DNA of 63,533 nucleotides, the filler included, from Reclinomonas americana ATCC 50394 (lineage: Eukaryota): NCBI GenBank assembly GCA_048213135.1. It is 6 parts of 3 records of this genome, joined end to end, with 100 filler letters (N's around TTAATTAATTAA, not from the genome) between each part and the next. Parts side by side here need not be neighbours in the genome. Positions count along the whole stretch, not along the records: positions 22,540 to 43,796 come from PS015026.1; positions 43,897 to 54,762 come from PS015026.1; 4 more parts are not named here. One strand, given 5' to 3'. Each line of letters opens with the position of its first letter. The stretch's first letter is position 1. Both the position numbers and the translations under genes were made by a program. Of the stretch, positions 39,091-52,137 are shown piece after piece. The notes beneath the pieces are model-generated. The model did not search any database and had not been told where the DNA came from. It saw only the letters and a program-made list of their open reading frames with translations.

Positions 39091-42000
39091 ATGTCAGCCA
39101 AAGCTGCTCAGCGCCCTCGCTCCAGTGGCGCCAACCGGTCGATGGATGTGCACAGTCCGACCGCCTCAATAGCCTCGTCAAGCAACTTGCTCGGTGTGTC
39201 GTCGTCGGCGGCCAATCCGAGTGGATCTCCGACTGCCGCCGCCGCTGGCAAGAAACGCTGGCAGCGCGCGCATCCACTCGAAGGCGACGGTGCTGTTCCC
39301 AACCTGTTCCAGTACCTGTGGAAGAAGAACCGTGATGTTGCGTTTTCTTGTGAGCTCTGTGTGTGCGACGATGGTGATGATGATGAACGCATTTGGGTAG
39401 TTGGAAAGTTGCGCGCATGTCAAGGTACCCGACACGATCATCTACGAGCACAACTATCCGCGCTCGTGGTTCTGCTACGACACCAAGGGCCGCGAATTCA
39501 AACGCAAGGCCGGCAAGGAGCTGGAGGTCGACACGATTGCGGCAGCGTTTCGACAGTCGGACACCTCTTGTGATATTGTGGCCAAGTATGTGGCCAGCGA
39601 TGGCACAGGTTTGTTGATGGACAGGGAGGAAAAGAGGGGGGAAGAATGTCCTTCAACTCATCTGCGCGAGTGCAGAGTCCGGGACCACGGTCGAGTTCTT
39701 TGACGAGGCCCGTCTTGGTGAGCAATTCGTGTCGTGCAGAAATCACTCTCTCCCTGTGCTCACGAGGTTCTGCAGACGAGTTTTTGGCCGGCGGCAAGGA
39801 GAAGCACGCACAGGGGTTCCTGCAGCGATTCATACCGCCCAAGGGCGATCACAATAGTTGCGTACAGCATTCTTCACCGTCCGTTTCTTGATGCTCACAC
39901 GCCTGTGCTTCTCGCAGCCGTGATTCAAGCCATCTGGTCACCTCACGTGTGCATGGTCGAGCGCCGTACAAACCTCCACAAGTTGTACGACCGACGACTG
40001 TCACCGTTCCAGCGCGCTGTCACCTACGAGGGTCAAATGTACAACAGCTCCGAAGGTGAAGTGGCAGACCGCACAGCCTCGGGGAAGCTGCATGCAGCAA
40101 CTGACTGGCTGGTGTATGCATACGGAGCAGTGTTCTGTGCACCGGCCATGATCCAACAAGTCAAGATCGTGTGCAACAGCATCACCGAGCACATTGCTCA
40201 GGTGGAGCACGTCAATGTGAGTCGCATGGTTCTCTACTTTATGGTCGACAAGCAGGATGTTCTGTGGCTCCTTGGTTCCAGCAGCCTGCGATTGGAGGTC
40301 AAGGTCTGTTTGTCTTCTGGCACCGATCGAGTCCGCGTNNNNNNNNNNNNNNNNNNNNNNNNNNNNNNNNNNNNNNNNNNNNNNNNNNNNNNNNNNNNNN
40401 NNNNNNNNNNNNNNNNNNNNNNNNNNNNNNNNNNNNNNNNNNNNNNNNNNNNNNNNNNNNNNNNNNNNNNNNNNNNNNNNNNNNNNNNNNNNNNNNNNNN
40501 NNNNNNNNNNNNNNNNNNNNNNNNNNNNNNNNNNNNNNNNNNNNNNNNNNNNNNNNNNNNNNNNNNNNNNNNNNNNNNNNNNNNNNNNNNNNNNNNNNNN
40601 NNNNNNNNNNNNNNNNNNNNNNNNNNNNNNNNNNNNNNNNNNNNNNNNNNNNNNNNNNNNNNNNNNNNNNNNNNNNNNNNNNNNNNNNNNNNNNNNNNNN
40701 NNNNNNNNNNNNNNNNNNNNNNNNNNNNNNNNNNNNNNNNNNNNNNNNNNNNNNNNNNNNNNNNNNNNNNNNNNNNNNNNNNNNNNNNNNNNNNNNNNNN
40801 NNNNNNNNNNNNNNNNNNNNNNNNNNNNNNNNNNNNNNNNNNNNNNNNNNNNNNNNNNNNNNNNNNNNNNNNNNNNNNNNNNNNNNNNNNNNNNNNNNNN
40901 NNNNNNNNNNNNNNNNNNNNNNNNNNNNNNNNNNNNNNNNNNNNNACCGCGCGACTGAAGACCACCCCTGCTCAGTGAGCAAGCGCTCGATCTCGCGACG
41001 AATGTGCGTGAGGCGGGCCGTCATGGCCCCGACGGTCGGTGACGACGACTGCCGCATCACCACTTGATTTGGCACCTCCGGATTGAGGTGCGCGTCGGCC
41101 CGCTCTAGGGCAAGGCCGAGATGGCTACTGTACGGTTGCAGCTCAATCGGCAACTGGAAGGTGAATGGCATTCGCGAGTGCAGGAAGTGACTGTAGGCCT
41201 CGTACGCCAGCCGTTCCTGTGATGGTGAGCCGACAAGTGAGTTGTCTCTCTCTCTCTCTCATTCGGGTGCCGGAAGCAAGCAGCCGTACCAGTACAGCCA
41301 CCACTTGTGCGTGCTCTTCACGCAGATGCCGCTCCTTTTCTTCATCGTCCGCGTCAAAGTCCACGCTGTGCGCAAAGGAGACTGTCGCCGAGGGCGCAGT
41401 GAGACACAGCACCAGGAGCGATCGTTTGGCGTCAAGCGCACATGTGGATCAGACCTTCGGCAGCGTGGAAGCGCTTCTTGGGCGAAGCCGCCGACTCCAT
41501 GTCGACGGCAGCCGAGCTGTTGCTGCGTGCATGCCCTCGACTGGGGGGTGGCGAGGTGGCAATGAGCTCTGCGGAGCGTGGTGGTTTGCGACGGCAGCCG
41601 GCAAGCACCGCCTCCAGTGACAACTCGCAGTAGCGACCCACTACCAAAGCATTCATGTCAGGTCGACTGCGCAGCTCATGTGACCGCAATCAGAGAGACG
41701 CAACAGCACGGCATTCCACAGCTGGGGCACGAATCGGGAGTTTTGCCGTCGGATGGTGTCGGATCGGCACCGAGCTGCTTCGAGGTGTTGCTGGAGTCCA
41801 CGGCCATGTACTTGGGCGAGAGGTTGAGTGGCAGGGGAACCGAGTCGCCGCCCTGCATGCACGATTTCAGTGGCGGCNNNNNNNNNNNNNNNNNNNNNNN
41901 NNNNNNNNNNNNNNNNNNNNNNNNNNNNNNNNNNNNNNNNNNNNNNNNNNNNNNNNNNNNNNNNNNNNNNNNNNNNNNNNNNNNNNNNNNNNNNNNNNNN

Positions 42001-43430
42001 NNNNNNNNNNNNNNNNNNNNNNNNNNNNNNNNNNNNNNNNNNNNNNNNNNNNNNNNNNNNNNNNNNNNNNNNNNNNNNNNNNNNNNNNNNNNNNNNNNNN
42101 NNNNNNNNNNNNNNNNNNNNNNNNNNNNNNNNNNNNNNNNNNNNNNNNNNNNNNNNNNNNNNNNNNNNNNNNNNNNNNNNNNNNNNNNNNNNNNNNNNNN
42201 NNNNNNNNNNNNNNNNNNNNNNNNNNNNNNNNNNNNNNNNNNNNNNNNNNNNNNNNNNNNNNNNNNNNNNNNNNNNNNNNNNNNNNNNNNNNNNNNNNNN
42301 NNNNNNNNNNNNNNNNNNNNNNNNNNNNNNNNNNNNNNNNNNNNNNNNNNNNNNNNNNNNNNNNNNNNNNNNNNNNNNNNNNNNNNNNNNNNNNNNNNNN
42401 NNNNNNNNNNNNNNNNNNNNNNNNNNNNNNNNNNNNNNNNNNNNNNNNNNNNNNNNNNNNNNNCCATTGTTCGTCGATCGCCAAAGGTCTGAGTTGCTCG
42501 GGGAAGCGAGGGGTGGGTCGAGTGACGTCTCACGCAGTCGCAACAGCAATCGCCGCCTCGTCGGCCTTCTGCCGCATCACCCGCCTCGGCGATACAGCGT
42601 CCCGGCACATCGCACAGTGAGAGCAGCGCTGGTGGCGGTGCCGGTGGTAGCGGCAGTGCACCGCATCGAAGTGCGTCGCCAGCTGGCGAGGAGAGCGACG
42701 AAGTGCCGACGATTCTGCGATCGCTTGCGCCAGAAATGACACGCGAAGAGTACCTCGCGTTGGTGGCACAACCGCCGGCCGTCAATCGCTACATTGAGGT
42801 GTGCGAGGCTTGCTTCCTGCGGTACAACTTTGACGACAGGTAACGCAGTCAATCAAGTGCTTCTGCTTCCTCGCCGCCCGCTCTTGTCTTACTCATGAAT
42901 CGATCAGCATCGACCTGCGTTCGACTCCCGACGAGGCGACGGCACACGGAACCAAGACGATGAAGGTGTGTTGCACTCACTCTCCCTGTTGCCCTTGTCT
43001 CTCCGAGTCCACGAGCTCACCTTTTCTCATCACACAGGATCACCACTCGCACACACGGCTGTCGCCAGCACGAGGATCCAGCGACTGGGGCGACGACAGC
43101 ACACACTCAATGTCGAGCATGAGTTTCGGCAGCCCGGCTCGTCGCCGATTGCCGACTCCTGGAGCCGCCATTGTGGACATGGTAAGCTCGTAACTTGTAT
43201 TTCCGCGATACACCGACCACCGTCGAGCTCACACACGCTTGACTCGTGCGCGCACACAGGCCGAAGAAACGTGGCACATGATGGAGTCCACTCCGGCCCT
43301 GGAGGATCCACCTGTACGCGCCCTGCGGAGCGTGGTTATTCCCGCTCCTGCACCCGACAATGTCGACGGCGCCGCCGCCCACCGCCACGACGAAGAAGAG
43401 GACGATGCGTTCGAGGCCGATGAAGACTAG
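39091..43430 (+). CDS. Conserved hypothetical protein (possibly flagellar); middle exons on inverted contig 40946-41877
   Basis: [94 protein letters not shown]. The flipped contig joins in frame (EQGWSSVAR-SIVRRSPK). Function is not established. Confidence 0.7.
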
Positions 43431-43602
43431 ATTGTGGGGGGAAGGAAGAGGAGTCGGCCGCAATCTCCCACCCGTATTCACACACCAAAAAAAGAAAAGA
43501 GAGGAGGCGCAAGTAAAATGGTGCCATCAAACATCCGCATCTTCACTCTCTGCGAGTAACCGCGCGTAGCCACACACGCACAGTGACTGACTCTCTTTGC
43601 GT

Positions 43603-43681
43603 TTACGTGAACTTGGCTTGCGAAAAGTCCATCTCGGGATGCTGCACGACTCCACACAGGTGAGCAGGCTGTTGAAAAAGG

Positions 43682-43768
<87 letters not shown>

Positions 43769-44525
43769 GAGACGAGTACGTACGTACGTACGTACGNNNN
43801 NNNNNNNNNNNNNNNNNNNNNNNNNNNNNNNNNNNNNNNNTTAATTAATTAANNNNNNNNNNNNNNNNNNNNNNNNNNNNNNNNNNNNNNNNNNNNCGTG
43901 CACCAGCATGAGCACGACGATCACCATACGCATTGGTGGTGGCGGATCAGACAACTGCTCACCGACGGACCACAAGCAATCGTCCGGCAACACGGCGCGT
44001 GTCAACTCAGCCTGCTCACACACACACACACGTGTCAACAAAACATGACACGCGCTCTCCCTCCCTCTTCTCACTCAACATCGACTATTGGCGGGCGTCC
44101 CTTCAGTCCCGCACGCAGTCTCTTGCTCTCAATGTCGACCGTCACATCACGACCACGCGTTCCCTGCGGCACAGCAATCTCCACCACCACATCCGACAAT
44201 GTCTGCGTCCACACATAGTGATCCGTGTGCCCGCCATTGTTCACCGGAACTGTGTGCGTGTGCGTGCGAGTGAGAGCAATGACGCAACATGTTCGCACGC
44301 GCACACAACAGACACGCTCTCTTCTACATACACACGTGTGTGTGTGTGCATGTTCATGTGCGACACGTGTCTTGTGTGCGTGCAGTGTGTGCTGACGCAA
44401 CTCTGCTTTCCGGCCTCCTCCTCGTCCTCGGCCTCCTCTGTCTTCTTGGTGGCTGGCACCGTGGGGATGCGGTCCTCCTCCTCCTCCTCGTCAGTCACTT
44501 CCTCAACACGCGGACGGCTGGCCAT
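43603..44525 (-). CDS. NUDC: Nuclear distribution protein C (CS/p23 domain); middle exons lost at the linker gap
   Basis: NGGHTDHYVWTQTLSDVVVEIAVPQG, DDCLWSV and the terminal HPEMDFSQAKFT*. Confidence 0.9.
43686..43766. repeat. (GA)n microsatellite followed by (GTAC)n, in a NudC intron
   Basis: About 40 perfect GA units directly visible, next to a scaffold break. Confidence 0.95.
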
Positions 44526-44597
44526 GACACTCAATCAAAAGTTAAAAGTGATTGTCGATGACGTCAACACTGGTATTGTCACCCACCGTCGCCTCAC

Positions 44598-47500
44598 ATG
44601 GATGTGCAGCTGCCACCACGACCCAAACGCAGCAGAAAGGCGTGCACATGATCGCTCTTTTTCTCCTCACACACTCGCACTCTCTGTCTCACACTCGTGC
44701 ACAATGACAGCTCTCCGATGTGCTTCGCCAAGTGCCGCAGTTGCCGAAAGACGGCCGTCTGCTCCTCAATGTCAAGGAGCTGGGCACACTTGACGACATT
44801 TCAGCGGTATGTGTCTGTGTTTGTGTGTGTGACACTCTCTCTCCCCCGTCTGTCATCGATGATCATGCATTTCGATCATATCAGTTCCCGCGCGAGTTTC
44901 GCGCCGTGCGATGGCTCGGCATGTCGCAGAATTTGCTGACATCGCTGCAGGGCATCGAGCAGGTGCACTGGTCACCCTTTGCTGTGCGTGTCTGTCTGTT
45001 TGTGTGGTTCTCATCGCTCGTCGCAGTTTTCGCGCGTCGAGTCGCTGAGCTTGTCGTTCAATCAGTTGTCTGACTGGGCGGAGCTCGATCGCATCCCAAC
45101 GCGCGCCACCCTCAAGCGCATGTCGTTGGAGGGCAATCCGTTGTCGTCGCACCCCGATTGTTGCGTCTGTTGTGCCGACTGTGTCACAGGTCGATCACAC
45201 ACGCTCAAAAATCCTGCGCAGATCGCTACATTGTCATTGGCATCTTCCCGCAGCTGGTGGAGCTCGACGGCAAGCCCGTGTCGGCGGTGGAGCGAGCGGC
45301 GCTCGGTATGTCTCGCTCATTTTGCACGCTACTTGTGTGCGCGGCGCTCCGTTTGCCCATCCGCGGATTGTTGAACAGAGGACGGAGTGGCGTTGCAGCG
45401 CGAGTTCTTGGGCTGGTGGCGCGAGCGATCGAATGGTACGCGTGTGGCGTGCATGGCTAACAACGAGTGGTGCATCAGCTCACTCTGTTCCGCTTCTCTT
45501 CTCGCATGGCAGAGCTCATCTTTCTCAGTCAGTACTTTGTCAAGACGGTGGTGTGTCTGGAGCTTCTCGATCGCTTCAACCCGTTCAAGATCGCCGGTGA
45601 CATTAGCGCCTACTTGCCGCCGCCGCTGGAGATGAACGATGCACACATTGCGGTAGGAGTTGTGCTCGTTCTCGTTTCATGCTTTGCTGCCTCTCACATG
45701 GCGCCAACAGCACGGAAAACTGGCGGCAGCCATTACTCCTGGGCAGGTTCTCGAGTTTGTGCGCACGCACGGCGGAGTGCATGCGCGCAGCTTGGGAGGC
45801 GTCATCACTTCGCGTGATGTACTGCATGCCATGGAGCACGAATCGTTCCCGTCGCTGACGCCTGCCGAGTCACTGCAAGAGTTTGAGGTCGGCGAGAACT
45901 CGATGGACGAACGTGGTTTGACAGCTGACCCCTCTCTCTGCACACACACACACAGGGTAAGATTCGCACTCTGCGCGCGTACCCAGAGAACGGAATGGCC
46001 ATGTCGGTGGCCTTTCGCGGTCGTCCTACCGTGCAGTGGCCACTGCCGTTGATGGAGTCGGCGGCGGGTGTGCACAGTCGACCGAGTGCTGACGAGGTGA
46101 CGCCGATTCTGCACATTGGCGATCGGCGGTTCATGCATGCTACGCTCGCCGCTGCTCGGAATCTGCACGCGCGACTCATCCATGCGCGAGGCCTGGTGGA
46201 GGAGCATCACCGGCGACACGAAGAGAAAGTGGTCTGTATGTTTTCATTTGGATGAGTGATGTGCGTAGTCCACTCACTCTCTTGGTACAGCAAGCCGATC
46301 TGCGTCGGCGCACAGTGCACCAGCTTCCCTTTCAGTGTGGCGTCTGCAAGGCTGTCACTGATCGGCACACAGAAGGCATGTGTGTGTGTCATAGGGGGAG
46401 AGAGACAGAGTTTTTAACTCTTGATTCGCAGTCGTTCTTGGTCAACAACTTGGTACCGACGACTCGCAGCACGTGTTCAATGTCAGTCGAGAGGACGAGG
46501 CGTACGCAGTGCCGACGCTCGTGACTTGCTCGTGCGACTGTGTGGAGATACGGTATGCTCTTTCGCAGTCCTCTGTTTATTTCCACCCGACCTCATCGCG
46601 CGCACGCGCAGGAACTATCGTCACACACTGGAGCAGTATGAGCAAAAGATGGAACTGTGCGAGTTGTTGATGAGAGCCAAGGGTTCGTGCATCATCCGTG
46701 AGGCTCCAGTGGCGCCGTCGGTTTGTTGACACTCGCCTGCGCAGGCATCCGACATGAGACCATCGCCGCGGAGAAGCGATCCGTTGCCGAGGTGCTCACT
46801 CAGCAGTTGCAAGAGCAGCAACTGCATTGCGTCGAGTTGGAGCGCACATGTGCAGACCTGGAGGCAGAAATCAGTCGACTGCGCGCACAAGTGCAACAGC
46901 TGCAGGATGTTGATGTGCGTTGGATGCGGGGAAGTAAGGGCGGTAATTTTCGTCTTGTCCTCACCACTCGCACATCTCGCAGTCGTTGAAAGAGACGGCG
47001 CACAAACGTGCACTGGCACAGAGCGCAGCTGTGATTGAAGACGCCAAGGCGCAGCTGCGGCAAGTGGCGCGTGACAGTGTCGCGAGTTGTGTGGTGCACC
47101 TCCTTGCTGTGCTCTCTCGTGCACCACCGCTCACATTCTTCGTGATGTGTGTGCAGAGCGACTGGACAGTCCTCCGCGACGCTCTCCGCCAGCCGACAGC
47201 GTCCGAGAGGCCTCCAAGCGTCCACTGTCGCAAGCGAGTGCTGCTCCGCGTGCTGCCTGGGAGTCGCCACCGCGAACTCCACCACGCAGTCGGCTGCTGG
47301 GCGGCGAGCAGTCGTCCACGTTTATGCTGTCACCATCCGAGTACGATGGTTGCGTCTCCAGTCGCCTATTTCACACTGTGTGGTTTCCGTTGCTGAGCAA
47401 CAATACAGGAAGTGGCATTGGAGGCTACCGACCTCCGCCAGCGTCGTCCGGTGGCGCTGTGGGATCGCGGCTCCTCGAGCGGGAGCTGTTGGGCGAGACG

Positions 47501-48794
47501 TCGTCGAGTCCGGTGGCCAAACTGGATTTGATGATGAGCGACCTGAAGCAGAGAAGGCGCGCCGCGCTGCTGGCCATTGAACCGCATCCAGCCACTCAGC
47601 GCGTGCGCGAGGCCAAGGCCGACCGCTTGCGCAATCGACAGTTGCAGCAGAGATTTCTTCGCTTCTGGCGTGCGCAATTGTACAAGTCTGGCGGGCGCTG
47701 GCGCAAGGCAGTGGTGCGCTCCACCGTCGTCGTGACCGCAGCGTGCAGTGGGAGCGAAACTTAACCTCCTCTTCTCTCTCTCCATCACCCACAGCAACAC
47801 GAGCGAGGGAGGCGGCTGCGCAAGACCTTCAAGATGTGGCTCGATGCTTGCCGACTGCGACGATTATTGTCGGTGCTGAAGCGGTCAGTGGGGGTCCGCG
47901 AGAATGGGTGTTTTGTGCGGGAAAGAGGAGAAGCTCACTAAACTTGCAGGGTGCATCGGCTGAAACTGCTTCGACGTTCGTTTGCTCGCTGGCGGGGGCA
48001 CACCTCGTTCTCCATGTCGTCGACTGCGTCAGCTCGCTCTCTCCCGTCGTCAAGGTTGCGTTTGTGTTTCTTTTCATGTCCACCCTCTGCCGTTCATGTG
48101 AATGACCGCGTGGAGTACAGGATCGAGTCGTTGATATCGCATTCACCACCCGTGCGGCAGCCGAGGCCAGACGATCGTCTGCTGGCCAGCTCTCCCTCCA
48201 GTTGCGCATCGTACACTCTCCTCTGCGTACTTGTGATTCGTTGCACTGATGTTTGAATGATTGGAGCAGGTGGGCGAGCAAGGCGATCACGGTCGGTGCA
48301 GTCGACCGCCAGCGACATGTGGGCATCGGCTCCGCGACACACCAGTCCACAGTCGCACACGCGCTCTACGAGACCGACAGGCGGCAGACATTTGGTTCTG
48401 CAACCTGGCGACAAGCCCGACAATCTGCTGCTGGCCGCCGAGGATGCCGCTCATCGCTACACACCTCGTTGCGTGCACTCAGTAGACTGCGGAGACGCAA
48501 CGGGGTGTGCGCGCCTAACCTTTCATGAAATATACAGAAACCACGGCTACGCAGCGCACGCAGACTCCGGAGCGCAGCAGGCAGGCGCTGTACCAGGTGC
48601 CGTACGATCAGACACGTTTGGCGATCCCGGATATGCAGCCGTTGCGCCTTGAGGAATCGGCACGCCGTTCACTGCGACCACCGTCGTCGAGGTTAAGCAA
48701 GGGCAGCAGCAGTAGCAGCAGTGGTACCGGCGGAGGAGGAAGCAAGGTGATGCAGAAGACACGTTCTTTTTGTGTCTTCCGACTATCCAGCTGA
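44598..48794 (+). CDS. SDS22-like LRR + LRRcap protein with coiled coil and Trp/Arg-rich (Sfi1-like) C-terminal region
   Basis: LGMSQNLLTSLQGIEQFSRVESLSLSFNQL..LEGNPLSSHPDYRYIVIGIFPQLVELDGKPVS, later QRFLRFWR and RRSFARWR. First and last exons are uncertain. Confidence 0.72.
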
Positions 48795-48901
48795 ATTGTG
48801 TTTGTGTACGCACCTGCAGAGTCTGGGCGATTTCGTTCGACGACCAACGCCACCGAGATGATAATCATAATGGACACCACACTAATCAGCGAAAGAGAAA
48901 T

Positions 48902-50347
48902 CTATGCGGCCCGTCTACTGATGCGCAAAAGCGCTGGATAACATCGCTCAGTGTCGTACGCCGCCGCTGTCTCATCTCCCGCCTCCTTGCGCTCCAGCAA
49001 CTGTCGATGCAGCGCAACGAGATCCTCATCAAAGTCGTGCTCCACCTCCACCGCAAACGCAGCTCCCGCACCCGTCGTCGTCGTGAACTCCAGCAGCCGT
49101 TCCAGGAAGAGCTCTCGTGTGCCATCGCGACTCGGTGCATACATCCATGCCTCCCCGCTGACCGACAGCAGTGCGTCCAGCGTCTTCAACAAGTCCGCAT
49201 GGTAGTCGCGGAAGAACAGGCTGCGTGGGAGAGATCAAGTCAGCTACTGTGTGCGCTGATTCATGCAGAGACACACAAATCGCACCAGTCGGCACACAAA
49301 ATCAGGTCAAACGCATGGAGGTGCTCCGGTGGTGGCTCGTCTTGCCACGGCAGTGTCGCACAGGTGCACTGTACCGCGCGTCACCACCGATGTTGGCACA
49401 CGAGACGGCAAAGAGCGTGTATGCAAAAACGCAACTTCGGTGCTTCCAAACTGGTGCGCATTGGCGGCGAGGTTGAGCTGCATGGCTGCAGGACCATGTT
49501 GAAGAGAGAAGGAAGAGAGAACAGAGGGCAGAGCAGCAGCCGCAACTCTCCAACACTCGCGGGTTGCCGTCGGTCAAGTGCACCGAACGCGCGTCAGAGA
49601 CAACTGCACTGACGACACCGGCCAAAGCCACGCCAGCGCCCAACTCGCACACACGTTTGTCGCTGTCCATGTGTGCGGCGTGAGGGCTTGTGGTTGAGAA
49701 GGAGGAGGCAGGGGGCATGGAGGCAAACCTCAGCAGATCTGCGTGCTTTTCAATGTAAAACGCCATTACTTCCTCCGATGGCCACAAGCCTGCGATCGCG
49801 TGGCATGTGAGTGGGTTGGCAATGCAAGCGAGAAGAGGGGAAAGCGACACTGACCAACGTTGCCGGTGTTGTCCACGCCGGAAGCAGACGACACGACGAA
49901 ATCGGAGACGGTTACCGACTTGCGCTCACTTGTGTGTGACAACAGGAGTGAGCGACGACCAGCGACAGTGGACACAAACAACGCGAGAGACGACCAAGAC
50001 TGAACTGCAGAACAATGTGTGCGCCACACTGCAGCGACACGCACGATGCGTGAAAGCGCGCTGGTTCCAGAGACTCGGCTGACAATGGGGCACAGATGGT
50101 GAGGGACACAATGAGGGTACTCTCTCTCTCTCTCTCCCCATCACACTCACTCACCAGGCTCGACTGGATACAACTGGTACGAGCGGAAACGATCTGCATT
50201 TTGCGAGTGAGCATGGATGCGCGCGTGTGTGGGAGAGGAACAGCGATGATGGTTCACACCTTCGCTGGCGGCATCGCGGGTGTTGGTCTTGCGTCCACGC
50301 GTCACAAACGAGCGCAGTCGTGCCCATCGCTGCTTTGCATCGCTCAT
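48902..50347 (-). CDS. CAMKMT: Calmodulin-lysine N-methyltransferase
   Basis: AKQRWARLR, GVDNTGNVGLWPSEEVMAFY, KRVCELGAG..VHLTDGN and CYPALLRI. Confidence 0.9.
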
Positions 50348-50508
50348 CCCACGCGGGAACGACAGACAACTTCAAAGGACGAAGGATGACTGACTTTCTT
50401 TTCTCGCAGCGACGTCAGTCAGGCTTTCTTCATGGCGATGTGTGTGCCTCAGCAGCTTGACATCATCATCATCATCAACACCGACAAGAAAGAATGCGAT
50501 TACATTTA

Positions 50509-52091
50509 TCACCGGCGAGATTCGTCGTCGCTCCTGTGCGCCGACACTGCTGCACCTGCCAATGCCAACTAATGAGTGCAAGCCAGGCCGACAACGTGCG
50601 GGACAACACGCAACTTGCAGTGGCGGGCGGTAACCTGCGCTGCTCAACGGTGGTCGACGGGCGGGGGACGGCGCTGTGGACTGCACACACAGCAAGACGT
50701 AAAGATCACAAAGAAACCGACGCAGACGTTTGCCCGCCACGCAACACTCGGGCATCAGCTCAATGTTGGTCTCACTCAGTGGCTCCAACGGTGGCGGCGG
50801 CTCAAACTCGTCCAGTTCTCTGTGTGCACGCATTGCGCGTGTCAGTGAGCGAATAGTTATCGTCGAATGCAGTGCGCCGCAACCGTGAATGTGTCGCGCT
50901 GCCGGTGTTTCGGTGCTTGGGACTGCTGGTCGGAGTCGAGTGCGCGCTGTTGCTGCGTGACCGCTGTGCATCTGTGGGAATCGAGTGTCGGTCGCAAGAG
51001 AGGCTGCCACACGCACGCGCACACAGACAGACAACGCACAGGGAAGCGATGCGGCTGCTTGTGCCACCTCGCTGTCCACCGACGCCACTCCTGCACCGAC
51101 ATAATGAGCGATCAACGCAAAACACACACACACAACTGAGCCAGCAGCACGAACCCAGCGCCAGACTCGACCGACGACCACTTGGCGGACCCTCACGCGA
51201 CGATGGATGCAGGTCGCGGGCGGCTCGCGAGAACGGCACCGCGTTGCGCTTGTTGCGCTCCGTGTCCCCGGCCAGCTTCGACTTGTACGGCATGGTCTCC
51301 ACCCGAGCCCTGCGTGTGTTATTCATGAGGCGCTTCTCACACCTTCGTTCGTGCGCATGCACACACGAACCCAATCAGCTCGCCCAATATCCACAACAGC
51401 AAGAAGCCGACCACCAGACCGAGCCACCACGAGCCGCTGGTGGGGAATCCACGCATGGCGAAACACATGACAATCAAGTGCAGAATCACCAGCGTGAACG
51501 CGTAATCAAAGGTCTGCGCACGCCACACACGAGCGAGTGAGTGAGGGAGTAAGGAAGACACGAGCATCCGCCTTGTGCGCAATGCACACCGTATTCGATC
51601 GCTGCTGCACCACGGAGAACGGCAACGACATGAAGACCAGCGCCAGCACCAAGCACGCTGTGTTGATTCGCCCCCGAAACGTGGTAAACGAGAACTCGGG
51701 CGAGTAAAACACCTGTGTCACAAAGTACAGCTCCTGGAACACGGCATCGATGGCCACCACCAGCGCAAAGTACAGCGCATAGAAGAACGCCTAATGCGCC
51801 GATCGATTCAGCATGCAATCACACTTGCTGCTCAAGATCGCATTCCTCACCTGGAAGAGTACAATGCGCAGAATGGTCTTGCCCACATCCAACTCGAGAA
51901 TCTCATCCGACTTGCGCCGCGTCTCCGCAATGCCAATCACCAACAGCATGAGACCGATCAGACCTGTGCCAGTGTGCGCATGAGCATTGAATGTGATGCT
52001 CGGGGGGAGACACACGCACACACACACCAAAGCACACGGGAAACATCCACGGTGCGTCATCATTGAGCGCATCCAGTGTTGTCACCGACAT
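50509..52091 (-). CDS. SYS1/TMEM244-family integral membrane protein with C-terminal extension
   Basis: ILRIVLFQAFFYALYF..TFDYAFTLVILHLIVMCFAMRGFPTSGSWWLGL matches the family D(Y/F)xxTxxxxH..FP...WW pattern. The 3' end is approximate. Confidence 0.72.
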
Positions 52092-52137
52092 TGATAAAAA
52101 AGCAGTCGTAGGACACACACAGCGTCGTTCGTCTCTC